From: Mobula hypostoma | Lineage: Eukaryota | Direction of reading: 5' to 3' | NCBI RefSeq assembly: GCF_963921235.1 | Contig: NC_086108.1 | Location: 75,518,001 to 75,582,000, forward strand | Length of the DNA: 64,000 nt | In this document: piece after piece, positions 48,231 through 60,889 of the stretch | Layout: the number at the start of each line of letters is the position of its first letter | Position numbering within the stretch: the first letter of the stretch is position 1 | Made by a program: the position numbers and the translations under genes | Notes under the pieces: model-generated | Database searches by the model: none | Told to the model about the DNA's origin: nothing | What the model saw: the letters and a program-made list of their open reading frames with translations, nothing else

Positions 48231-50091
48231 TTCCTACAATTCAATGAGCCGACACCCTCTATTAGGAATTTTATAAATGCTTTATTGAATCCTATACAAA
48301 TAACCATGGTGGTTAATAACAATTCTCGTGTAATAATATTATATAAACCATATTAACCATATATGAGTCAGTGAATTTTATGACTCCATGATATTGAATC
48401 AGCTTCGTAACTGATCAACTACCTTTCATAAATCTATCATGACTCATTCTGATTAGGTGGAAGCATTCAGTCACTCTATCCTTAATTACAGGGTCTAATA
48501 ATTTCCCCATGACAGATGTTAACTATTAGGACTAGAAGTCAGTGATTGACTCCTCAGTTTTCTTAAATGGCATCATGTATATAATTTCTCAATCGAAGGG
48601 AACTGGTTTCTTAACTGAGAAAACTTCAATAGTTGAAAGGAATGGCCTTTGCTTCATTCAAATCCTTGAATGGAAGGCTTCAAAGCCTGAGGATTTGTCA
48701 CACTTTAATATCATTTTTTTTCATTAATTTAAGTTTATCTACAGTAATTTCAGTGGTTTTCACCTCCTGATCCAACATTAAATAAACCTTGGGTTGTATT
48801 GACATTCAGTCCTTTATATAATCTCTAGTGCAACATAACCATTCAATATATCCACAAGGTCATTATTTTCATTTACAATACTACCATTGTTGGCTTTCAA
48901 TTGGCCTTGATATATCTTTCAATTATATAATTGTGGAAAAATGTGTTTATTGAAATGTCATTTACAAGTTTTCTTTCATATTCTCTGTAACTCGTTGTTA
49001 TACATTTTGTAATCTTGTGTTCTTTTTGTTTCTAAGTTGGCAAGATCTAGTTTTACATCTTTATATGCATTTCTTTTCAGTTTTATGTTGTCCTTTATTC
49101 TATAGCCATCACTGGTTCTGATTATTTTTCACCAACTGAGTTCTTGCTCCAAGGGGATATAACTGGTTCTGTATCAAATTAAGGTCTCTTTTTTTTAAAC
49201 ACCTTCCATTGTTCAGTTTTTGTCAATAAACAGATTTACCCTGTTTATTCTGGATGTTGAAGTCAGCTTTTGCTGGAACCTTCAGGAGATTCATTTCAAA
49301 TGGCATAAAGTTGATAACACTCAAGAGGAAAAATGGCATTTTGAGTAAATTAAGACAGAATGGAAAAGTTTGCAAACATTCCTCCCAAATTTCCCAAATT
49401 AAGTGCAGGGAGAATTGTGACAGAAGAAAGTTGAAACACCCAATTACATCATTGTACTAATAGTCACACTAATTTATCTCTATTAGGCAGAAATTATATC
49501 ATTCTTGATTCCTTGACACCTGTAAAACAAACTGCATAATCCAGAATAACTGCTGATCAGAAAGATGACTGATGACAATCGCGTTCAGAATAAGGTTTGG
49601 AACTTTTGGGGAGATGATATTTACCCCAAAACATTGGAACTTCTAACTGTAGAACCATTCAAAAGCAAAGGCAAAATGGAAAGAATCATGTGAATTGATG
49701 GCCAAATGCAATAGTTGCAGCAAATAAATAACCCAACTGAATAAGTAAATAATTTAAAAATGAAGGAAATATTAAAACAAAGTCACATTTATTTTCTCTG
49801 TTTCAAGAAACCAGAAAAGAAGCAGAAAATTAGAGTAGTAATTACTACCAAGCATGTAGTTTGAGAATTGTAACTGTCATTCTAAAGGGTTTAGTCAAAG
49901 GATAAAATAGGAAGGTATTTGCCTTGAATGTTTCTTACTTAATTTTTTCATCTTCTTTACTAATGCAGAATTATAACATTTTAATTTACCAAGTGTTTGC
50001 TTATTTATTTTGAACTGTTATGAATCATTGGCTAGTCCTCTTCTAATTTTATTAATGTCTTAATGCCTTGAACTGATTGACTCATTCACAA

Positions 50092-50300
50092 GAAACGTAA
50101 GAAATAGGAGCAGGAGTAGGCCATCTGGCCTGTCGAGCCTGCTCTGCCATTTAATAAGCTCATGGCTGATCTGGCCATGGACTCATCTCCACCTGCCTGT
50201 CTTCTCCCCATAACCCTTAATTCGCCTACTCTGCAAAAATCTATCCTACCTTGTCTTAAATAAATTTACTGAGGTAGCCTCTACTGCTTCATTGGGCAGA
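50092..50300 (-). mobile_element. CR1 3' end fragment
   Basis: AAGAAATAGGAGCAGGAGTAGGCCATC is the reverse complement of the 3' UTR at 16690-16799. Confidence 0.85.
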
Positions 50301-50921
50301 CAAGATACATGATCTGTACAACCTGCTCAACGTAAAGCACCAGAATCACCTGTAATATCAGTCCAATTTGCAACGAGAACTTTATCTACTATTTAATCAC
50401 AGTGCCAGAAAGTATAAAGTGACCAACATAAAAATGTCGCCTGAAAAGGATGAAGAGAAGATGGTGCTCATGGTTAAAAAGTGAAAATGTCTTGTATTGT
50501 AATGTCTTGTAGCAGCGTTGGTCAAGCAATTAAGCTTTTAGTATCATTGATCTAGAGTGATAGGAATTGGAAACGAGGTAAAACAGCCTTCCAGTTGCAC
50601 CTTTGGATGGCTTAGAATACAGTATAAGAATATATGAACACAGGTGTGGGAATAGACCTCTCAGTCCCTTAAGCTTGTCCCACCAACCCATATGATCACA
50701 GCTGTTCTGCCCCAGGTGTCATCTTCTCTTCTACACCAGTTCCCCATTGCTCTCAATTCCCAAACCTTAAGAAAGATATCTACTTCCTCCTGAAATACCC
50801 CCAATACTCTCCTCCACAACCCTCTAAGGGAGAGGCGTCCATCAATTCACCATTCTCTTCCAAAAGGAATGGAATTTTTTGGCTTCTATTTCTTTGAACA
50901 ATCCTTCTTCAGTTCTTTAGA

Positions 50922-51613
50922 GTGGAGGGAGGAGAAGATGGCGGCACGACGCAGCGCGTGCAGCCTCTCCAGTGAATGATATCTGTATTTGTCAAGTAGG
51001 GTGCCGTGCACAATCCTGATTTGATGGAGACAGACGTGAGAGCACAGAGGAACATCTGGAGAAACTTCTGAAATGCCCGCTTCGCTGCCACTGCTACTGT
51101 GCGATCGAGAATCTCCGGAGCCGAAGGCCCCGAATCCTCGGCTTTGCTTGTAACTTGGCGGCTGAGGCCGGGGTCGAAGCGTTCAGCAGAGATGGTGCTC
51201 GGTGCTCGATGTCGGAGGGCTGGTCAGAGGCTCAAAGTTTTCGGAGGGACTCAAGAGTCAGCTGTGGTCAGGTGCTTCCAGGATGCTGTGTTGGCAAGTT
51301 TGCGGCACTGGAGGTTCATGGCAGGGAGAGTTTTCTTCCTTCTACTATCTGCATGAGATGATGGGACTTTCGAGACTTTGAGACTTTTTTTTACCATGCC
51401 CATGGTCTGTTCTTTATCAAATTATGGTACTGCCTGGCACTGTTGTAACTATATGTTATAATTATGTGGTTTTTGTCAGTTTTTTACTCTTGGTCTGTCT
51501 TGTGTTTCTGTGATATCATACTGGAGGAACATTGTATCATTTCTTAATGCATGCATTACTAAATGACAATAAATGAAGACTGCGTATCCTCATAATCTAA
51601 TCTAATAATCTAA
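50922..51613 (+). mobile_element. Non-autonomous ORF-less retroposon (copy 2)
   Basis: Starts near GGAGGAGAAGATGGCG, CpG-rich 5' half, ends GACAATAAA...(AATCT)n; homologous to 6662-7282. Confidence 0.8.
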
Positions 51614-53243
51614 TTAGTATAAAATTGTGCAGTTCCAACATAACACATGTACCTCTCAGAGACAGAAACATAAAATATGGCATATTTTTCTGCAATTATT
51701 AAACATTTAAGTTTAATAGTGAAACATTTAATAGCTTATAGCCAGGAGCAGAGCACCCATGACCATATGGAACGTTGGGACAGACCTGAGGGGTTGAGTT
51801 GCCTATTCATGCTCTTATGTCACCCAAAATTGAAATTAGTGCAACGATTCATATTTTGACTGAGGATACGGAGTCACATTTGGGTGATGGATCTTGTCAA
51901 GATTTACTATTGCCCAGAATCCATATTTCTAACCAGTTAGCTCAAGAAAGCCACTATGATTTTGTGGCATTCAGACATAAGATTCTATACTTACCCACAT
52001 TTGAGTCAGAGAAGCCTGTCATTCTTTTTCAATAGTGCTTTCCAGAGCTGACTTTCATCTTCAGGTAATGCCTAACTAGTCAACGTCATGTAACCTTTGT
52101 GCGTATATATATTGATATATAAGCTATGGTGTGAACTTAATTGACATAAACATGAATGAGAAAAACAGTGTTTCCTTTTTGTTTGTTTGTCTCCCAGCTT
52201 TCTGCTGAAGACTAAAACTGATCTGTCTTTTTCAAAACTTCCATGTAACTCAATAGTTCACATGGTGAAGGAGAGTGATATTTAAAAGGCTGCAACAACG
52301 GGCATGAATATCTCAGCAAGTAATTCCTTCTAAAGGTCACAGCAGGAAAAGAATAAAAGAGCAACAACAGTATTCAAACCCATTCTCCTTTGTCGATGTT
52401 ATTTGTCTACATGGTTCCAGCCCACGGACATTGTAAATAATTGTTCAAAATTTACAGCTGATAGAGGGCCCCCAAGCTTAATGCGGACCTCAAAAGCAAG
52501 TTTTTATTCCCAGAATAATTTTACACCCTGTACCCTCCTTCTTCCATCTTAGAGTAATTCTGTATATTGTAATAGCCACTGTGTTGTAATAATCTTGAGT
52601 TTGAGCCTGAATAGAGGCTCACCAACAAAGCAATGATAAAAACATTAACTATTGACTTAACCACAGTTCCTGGTTGTGCCACCTGCCAAAGCTAAAGAAA
52701 GCTGTGAATGTTCTTGACTTCCAATGTATTCAAAAACCATCCAAGCAATTAAATTTTAACTTTTTAAATTAAATAACCATGAAGGCTAAAACATTCAAAT
52801 AATTTCAAAATAACTGACTGTAAGCTTAGTTTCACAAAGCCATTCCTCTCCACTGAAATAAAAGGAGAACCTGTCCCTGCAGATTGTTTGAATGAAATTC
52901 CTGCTGTAAGTGGTGGACATTTGGGTTCTTTTGCAGAACTCCACGAGGCTTTCAGCAATGGAGTACACTTGGAAAATAAACATGCGCAGCTGCCCACAAC
53001 TTCTGGACTTCAGCATTCACAGAGAAATCCCAAAGATGCTGACAGTTATGTAGAGGAAATGTTGGCAGTTACCCAGGGAAGTGCAGACATTTCCCTGCAC
53101 AATCACGGCCATTAACTTTCTACATTAATGAAAATCATGCAGGCTATAGAACCCACAGTCAATCCTCCCACCCCCAGTTCTGACTGCCGAGGGAAGTTAA
53201 AATCTATTTCAATAAGTCTACACAGACTATGAGGTAAATGCTT

Positions 53244-53338
53244 CCTGACGAAGGGTTCCGGCCCGAAACGTCGACAGATTTTTTCCACGGATGCTGCCCG
53301 ACCTGCTGAGCTCCTCCAGCGTGTTGTGAGTATTGCTT
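53244..53338 (+). mobile_element. Short PLE fragment beginning at a hammerhead core
   Basis: CTGACGAAGGGTTCCGGCCCGAAACGTCGAC...GATGCTGCCCGACCTGCTGAG. Confidence 0.8.
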
Positions 53339-53576
53339 ATCTTTGTTTCTTAGGCAGAGTATCACCCGAGCATGGCACAAAAAAATGGAACATCAGGTAA
53401 GAAGCATTGCACATTGCTGACACTTAAATGAATTGACCATAATAACATAATACAGGAGCAGAGTTAGGCCATTTGGCCCATCGAGTCAGCTCTGTCACTC
53501 CATCATGGATGATTTATTATCCCTCTCAATCCCATTCTTCTGCCTTCTCCCTATAACTTCCGGAAATAACTTCTCC

Positions 53577-55274
53577 CTTCCAGAAATAGTAGGGGACAGA
53601 GGGTCCAGTGAGATGGAGGAACTGAGCGAAATACATGTTAGTAGGGAAGTGGTGTTAGGTAAATTGAAGGGATTAAAGGCAAATAAATTCCCAGGGCCAG
53701 ATGGTCTGCATCCCAGAGTGCTTAAGGAAGTAGCCCAAGTAATAGTAGATGCATTAGTGATAATTTTTCAAAACTCGTTAGATTCTGGACTAGTTCCTGA
53801 GGATTGGAGGGTGGCTAATGTAACCCCACTTTTTAAAAAAGGAGGGAGAGAGAAACCGGGGAATTATAGACCAGTTAGCCTAACGTCGGTGGTGGGGAAA
53901 CTGCTGGAGTCAGTTATCAAAGATGTGATAACAGCACATTTGGAAAGCGGTGAAATCATCGGACAAAGTCAGCATGGATTTGTGAAAGGAAAATCATGTC
54001 TGACGAATCTCATAGAATTTTTTGAGGATGTAACTAGTAGAGTGGATAGGGGAGAACCAGTGGATGTGGTATATTTGGATTTTCAAAAGGCTTTTGACAA
54101 GGTCCCACACAGGAGATTAGCGTGCAAACTTAAAGCACACGGTATTGGGGGTAAGGTATTGATGTGGATAGAGAATTGGTTAGCAGACAGGAAGCAAAGA
54201 GTGGGAATAAACGGGACCTTTTCAGAATGGCAGGCAGTGACTAGTGGGGTACTGCAAGGCTCAGTGCTGGGACCCCAGTTGTTTACAATATATATTAATG
54301 ACTTGGATGAGGGAATTAAACGCAGCATCTCCAAGTTTGCGGATGACACGAAGCTGGGTGGCAGTGTTAGTTGTGAGGAGGATGCTAAGAGGATGCAGGG
54401 TGACTTGGATAGGTTGGGTGAGTGGGCAAATTCATGGCAGATGCAATTTAATGTGGATAAATGTGAAGTTATCCACTTTGGTGGCAAAAATAGGAAAACA
54501 GATTATTATCTGAATGGTGGCCAATTAGGAAAAGGGGAGGTGCAATGAGACCTGGGTGTCATTATACACCAGTCATTAAAAGTGGGCATGCAGGTACAGC
54601 AGGCGGTGAAAAAGGCGAATGGTATGCTGGCATTTATAGCGAGAGGATTCGAGTACAGAAGCAGGGAGGTACTCCTGCAGTTGTACAAGGCCTTGGTGAG
54701 ACCACACCTGGAGTATTGTGTGCAGTTTTGGTCCCCTAATCTGAGGAAGGACATCCTTGCCATAGAGGGAGTACAAAGAAGGTTCACCGGATTGATTCCT
54801 GGGATGGCAGGACTTTCATATGAAGAAAGACTGGATGAACTGGGCTTGTACTCGTTGGAATTTAGAAGATTGCGGGGGGGATCTGATTGAAACGTATAAA
54901 ATCCTAAAGGGATTGGACAGGCTAGATGCAGGAAGATTGTTCCCGATGTTGGGGAGGTTCAGAACGAGGGGTCACAGTTTGAGGATAAAGGGGAAGCCTT
55001 TTAGGACCGAGATTAGGAAAAACTTCTTCACACAGAGAGTGGTGAATCTGTGGAATTCTCTGCCACAGGAATCAGTTGAGGCCAGTTCATTGGCTATATT
55101 TAAGAGGGAGTTAGATATGGCCCTTGTGGCTGCGGGGATCAGGGGGTATGGAGGGAAGGCTGGTGCAGGGTTCTGAGTTGGATAATCAGCCACGATCATA
55201 ATAAATGGCGGTGCAGGCTCGAAGGGCCGAATGGCCTACTCCTGCACCTATTTTCTATGTTTCTATGTTTCTAT
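53577..55274 (+). mobile_element. Young 5'-truncated CR1 nested in an older minus-strand CR1 3' end (about 53440-55445)
   Basis: Near-identical to 42265-43960; TGA at 54546 and a frameshift near 54875; CTATAAC repeated at 53551-53557 and 55271-55277. Confidence 0.95.
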
Positions 55275-55694
55275 AACCTTTGACACCCTTACTAACCTAG
55301 AAGCTATTAACCCCTGTTTTAAATATACCCAATGACATGGTCTCCACAGCCATCTGTGGCAATGAATTCCACAAATTCACCACCCTTTGACTAAAGAAAT
55401 TCCTCCTCATCACTGTTCTAAAGGAACATCCTTGTTTTCTGAAGCTGTGAATTGAAGGAACTAATGTGCTGTGCCTAAGCAATAATCAGCAACCAATTCA
55501 TCAAAATTGCAATTTTCACATGCTTCCACATCTTCTATTGTCAAATCCATTTTCTCCTCACAACTAATTCAGACCTTAACTTCTCAGAAAGAGCTGAGAA
55601 TATTCACTTAATGAACCACAAACGTATTTCTTAAGCCTTGCCTACTGCTGTTGAAATACACTATAGTCACAAGTTTATGACAGTGCCATGTTAG

Positions 55695-56320
55695 AGTCAT
55701 AAAGGCATACGGTTCAGAGACAAAACATTCAGCCTAATTACTTCTTACCAACCAAGTGCCCATCCATGCCAGTCCTGTTGGTCCACCATTGGCCCACATC
55801 CTAAACATATCCTATCCACATGTACGATCCAACTGTCTTTTAAAAGTTGTTATTATAACCTTCTCAACCACTCCCTCGGGCAGCTCATTCCATAACATCC
55901 TCTGAGAAAAATGTTTGCCGCTCACGCTCCAATTAGAATTGTCCCCACTCATCTGAAACCTATGCCCTCTAATTCTTGATTCACCAACTTGTTTAAAACA
56001 CTGAGTGTGTTCACCCCATCTATGCCCCTGATGATTTTATATACCTCTATAAGATCACCTCAGTCTCATTCACTCCAAGGTAAAAAGTGCAATAAGGATG
56101 AATTTCTGATCTCAGACCAGCTCATCGTGGTCCTTACACTTTATTTATCTACCTGCATGGCATTTTACGTGTAACTAATTGTAACATAACATTCTATATC
56201 CTGTTTTTATTTTTTTCTTTGTATTACTTATGGTTGGAATTTCTGTATAGATAGCTTGCAAAACAAAGTTTTTCACTGTATGTCCATCCATGTGACAATA
56301 CTGAACCAATTATCAATTAG
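55695..56320. mobile_element. Degenerate CR1 3' remnant (minus strand) followed by a Rex1-like 3' UTR (plus strand)
   Basis: ATGATTTTATATACCTCTATAAGATCACC (CR1 antisense); CAAAGTTTTTCACTGTA...TGTGACAATA. Confidence 0.55.
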
Positions 56321-56829
56321 CAGTCAGTCTATCTTTTGCAAGTATGTTTATTCAGTTACATATGAATATCTTTGCTCCCTGTCTTCTACATCATTTCTAC
56401 TGGTGCTCAAATTTCTGTATTTTTTTTACAATAGTCTTATTACAAACAATAACTTTGACCTGATTCTTTTTAGTGTTATCAAAGTGTCTCCCTTTTTCTT
56501 AGTATCAAAACATTAAATAGACCAGCATAATCAGTACCTTGTAACTTGAATGAGGCAACTTTGGTGAGATAATAGGTAAAAGTGAACCTAGATTTGATAA
56601 GATTTGAAGAGAAACTGATGCATGGTCATGATCACCATTTCATGCCATGTTAGTAACAGCATTTTCTGGTATAACTTTGCAGCGATCTTCCTTAGCACCA
56701 CCACTAAAGCCAAGAAATTTGAGCGATAAGAAAGCTGGTAAAGCCAAATTCTTTGTCTAATTTCCAATTTGTTACATTCTGGAAGTTAATAATACTGAAA
56801 CATGTGGGATATGCACTGTGGACATGAGT

Positions 56830-57830
56830 TCATTTGTTAAAGGGCAGATCATATCTCAACAAATTGGACTGAAATTTTTACCTTTTTGATGAAGGCAAAG
56901 CAGTGAATGTTTTATACAGGGTATTTGATATGGTCCCTCAAAGTAGACTAATACAGAAGATTAAGACAAATGTGAATTAGTAAATTGGTTACAAAATTGG
57001 CTTGGTCATCGAAGATAGAGGATGGTCGTAGAGGAACAATTTTGTAACTGGAGATCTGTAACCAGTATTGTTCCACAAAGATCAATGCCATTATAATATA
57101 TGTTAAGGATTTGGATGAAAACGTAAGTGAACTGATTGGTAAGTTTGCAATGACACAAAAATTATTGGAATTGTGAATAATGAGGAAGATTGTGAAAGAA
57201 TACAGCAGAATACAAATCATTTGGGAATTTGGGTAGACAAATGGCATGGGGAGTTTAATCTGGACAGGTGAGAACTGTTGCATCTTGTGAGGTCAATGCA
57301 CGAAGAAGGAATACAATAAATTGCAGGACATAGGACCATTGATACTTGATGTGCATGTCCATCACTCCCTGAATGTGGTAACAGAAGTGGAATTGAAAGT
57401 AAAGGATGTATATGCCATGCCTGTTTTCATCAGTTTAAGTTGTTGAGTACAAAAGTTGGATAGTCTGAAAGGGAGTTGTTTACTCTGGAGCGTCAGAGGC
57501 TGAGGGGTGACCTGATTGAAGGCATGGACAGAGTTGAGTCTTTTTTTTCCCTACAGAGTGGAAATGTCAAAAATAAGAGGGCACAAGTTTAAGGTAAGAG
57601 AGTTAATGCTTAAAGGAAATTTGCAAGGCATTTTTTTTTCGCTACAGAGTGATAGAGGCCAGGAACACACTGCAGACATGATATCAACATTTAGAGACAG
57701 ATGCATGAACAAGCAGGAAAAGAGGAATACAGACCATGTGCCGACAGATGGATTTTGTTTAACTTGGCATAAGGATTGCTGCAGTCAAAGTGGGCCAAAG
57801 GGCCTGTACTTTACTGTGCTCTGTGTTCAG
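56830..57830 (+). mobile_element. Degenerate CR1 RT and 3' remnant
   Basis: AAGTTTGCAATGACACAAAA (FADDTK-like), KIRGHKFKVR, GGGCCAAAGGGCCTGTAC 3' hairpin. Confidence 0.7.
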
Positions 57831-58501
57831 AGTAATTATTTCATTTTTGTTTGTATTTCAGTCTTATTCAATAAAGTCAAAAATGTAATTTTAAATGAGA
57901 AGCATCATGTGGATTCCATCTGGCTTCACGAGTTACCCTGATATGAGTTATGCAAGATACATTGAATGCTCCCAAATGAATGGAACATTGATATATCAGT
58001 ACTGGTACTTACAGTGATAGATTATCTCAATGTATTTGTTCAATGAACTCAAGGAGGAGTTGATAGCTGACTAATGCCTTGCATCATATTTTGACAAGAG
58101 ACATCTCAGTTTATATAGCTTTGATAAATTATAAAACAACATGGCACTAATATAGACTCATATCTGCAGTGTCTTAGTTCACATTTCAATAGATATCACC
58201 AGCAGCAGACAAGACTTGAGAAATATATATGTGCTTTATTAAATGAAAATGTTCTTTGAAATATTATTTGTAGAACCTGAACCAAACTATTTCCCAAAAT
58301 AAAACATAGAAAAGAGCAAGCTTCGAAGAAAAAGAAGAATATTTATGCATGAAGGCTATTCTTTTCTAATATATTGGTAAATGGGTTTATTATTGTCACA
58401 TGTACTGAGGTACAGCGAAAAACTTGTCTTGCATAGTTAAATTCATTATAACAGTGGATTGAAGTAGTACAAGATAAAACAATATTAGAGTGCAGAATAA
58501 A

Positions 58502-58740
58502 TTAACACACACAAAATGCAGGAAGAACTTGGCAGGGCAAGCAGCATCATTGAAAAAAGTAAATAGTCGTCGTTTCAGGCCAAGACCCTTCATCAAGGCT
58601 AACCAGTCCTGATGAAAGGTCTCGCCCAGAAACTTTGACTGTTTATTCATTTCCATAGATGGTGCCTGACCTGCTGAGTTCCTCCAACATTTTGTGTGCG
58701 TTGCTTTGGATTCCCAACAGCTACAGATTTTCTCGTGCTT
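58502..58740. mobile_element. Palindromic mini-PLE (two inverted terminal repeats only) inside a Rex1-like 3' UTR remnant
   Basis: Arms meet at about 58600 between two opposed hammerhead remnants; 12-bp TSD GTGCAGAATAAA at 58490-58501 and 58741-58752. Confidence 0.85.
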
Positions 58741-59489
58741 GTGCAGAATAAAGTGTTGGTTACAGTGAAAGTGGAGTGCAATTAGACATTTATTTATTGA
58801 TATCATAGCACCAAAAAAAAACAGCAACAAACAATTGCTCAAATAAATGAATAATAAGCAACCAGCAGAAAAAAGGAAAATAATAAGTAAATTATGATTT
58901 GAAAAGATTTTGAAATTATTTATTAAGCTGTAAAAAATACATTGAAAAACCAGACAATGGAAGAAAATAGGACTGTGAATGATCACAATACCTTTACTGT
59001 GCAGCAATCTTGTATTGTCATGCAGGGGTTATTGGAACCCAAGTTACAGGAGTTTCACGTTACAGTCTTGAAACTAGAAGTGACTGTATCGGCAGTGCAC
59101 TGGTAAAAAGATATTGGTGTTCCATTATGGAATTGTAATAAATTATTACAGCCACTTAAACTAATCTGTAAAATTATTATTGAGACACAGGACCGCTAAG
59201 ATTAACAAGTTTTAAAAACTATCAGCTTGGAAAGCTGATTAAGACTCATACAAAGTCAATACTTTTGATCCAGGAAATTGCTGCATGTTCTGCACTGTTC
59301 ATTCATTTTGTGATGATCGCTGTGCTAGTTAGTAGTTGGTTTGTGGTGTAAGTAATATTGCTTCCAACTGATTGGATTGTGTGGGTGTTGGTAATATAGA
59401 ACTGCATTCCTGAGACCATACTCTGATTGTGCAAGGTCATCATTGTTTTCTTCCTTTAATTCAGTAACCACTTCCATTCTATGTACAAA

Positions 59490-60615
59490 TTTACCCATCT
59501 GGAGAAGAAGGGTGCTTATGTGAGAATGCTGTTCTTGGACTACAGTTGAGCATTCAACACCTTAGCTCCATCCAGGCTCGACAAGAAGCTCAGGGACCTC
59601 GGCCTTGACCCTACCTTGTGCACCTGGATCCTGGACTTCCTGCCAGATCGCCAGCAGGTTGTAAGAGTGGGCTTCCTCACCTCCACCCCTCTGACTCTCA
59701 ACACAGGAGACTCTCAGGGCTGCATACTGAGTCCCTTCCTTTACTCCCTGTATGCCCATGACTGTATTACCACCCACAGCTCCAATCTGCTAGTTAAATT
59801 TGATGACAACACCACATTGATTGGCCTTCTCTCAAGCAATATCTAGGTGGCCTACTGGGAAGAAGTCATCTCTTTGACACAGTAGTGTCAAGAACACAAC
59901 CTCTCCCTCAATGTTACAAAAACAAAGGAGCTGGTTGTAGAATGGAAACGGGCTAACCCCTATTAACATCAATGGATCTGGGGTTGAGAGGGTAAACAGC
60001 TTTAAGTTCCTTGGCATCCACATCACTGAGGACCTCATGTGGTCTGTACACACCAGCTGTGTGGTGAAAAAGGCAGAACAGTGCCTCTTTCACCTCAGAT
60101 GGTTGAGGAAGTTTGGTATGGGCCCCCAGATCCTAAGAACTTTCTACAGGGGCACAATTGAGAGCATCCTGACTGGCTGCATCACTGCCTGGTATGGGAA
60201 CTGTACCTCCCTTAATCATAGGAGTCTGCAGAGAGTGGTGCAGACAGCCCAGAGCATCTGTAGTTGTGAACTTCCCATGATTCAGGACATTTACAAGGAC
60301 AGGCGTGTAAAAAGGACCCGTAGGATCACTGGGGACCCGAGTCACCCCAACCACAATCTATTCCAGCTGCAACCATCCAGGAAACCGTACCGCAGCATAA
60401 AAGTCAGGACCAACAGGCTCTGGGACAACTTCTTCCACCAGGCCACCAGATTGATTAACTCACACTGATTTGAGTGTACTCTATATTACATTGACTGTTC
60501 TATTTATTATAAATTACTATGATTGCATATTACACATTTAGACAAAGACACGACGTAAAGATTTTTACTCCTCATGATGTGAAGGATGTAAGAAATAAAG
60601 TCAATTCAATTCAAA
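59490..60615 (+). mobile_element. Degenerate Rex1/Babar LINE
   Basis: CTWILDFL, QGCILSP, KFDDNTT, LRTFYRGTIESILT, DPSHPNHNLFQ; AATAAA plus (CAATT)n tail. Confidence 0.9.
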
Positions 60616-60889
60616 TCAATGAAAAACAATGAGCATTTCCTGATGAGTCTGATGACGAGTACAGAGGCACTATATATTCTGTTGTTTAATTACTATTATT
60701 TATAATCTATATAAATTACCTGCATGCTAAAGCCAACAGGAAACTTGCTGAGTTTATTGATGACAGTAGATGACAGTAGCCAGTACAGCTAATTATTTAC
60801 AGATGTGTTTAGATCCACTGTGAGATTGAACAGTCAAATGAGAAGTTCAAATTAACATTTGAATGCAAAGCTGAAATCATGACATATAC

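Noticed and set aside
52170..52270. Strong polypyrimidine acceptor at 52197
   Set aside because: Only a short unrecognisable frame follows, with a weak donor; not supportable as an exon
58396..59007. 203-aa hydrophobic ORF
   Set aside because: It spans AT-rich DNA, a mini-PLE and a LINE 3' UTR, so it is a chance ORF
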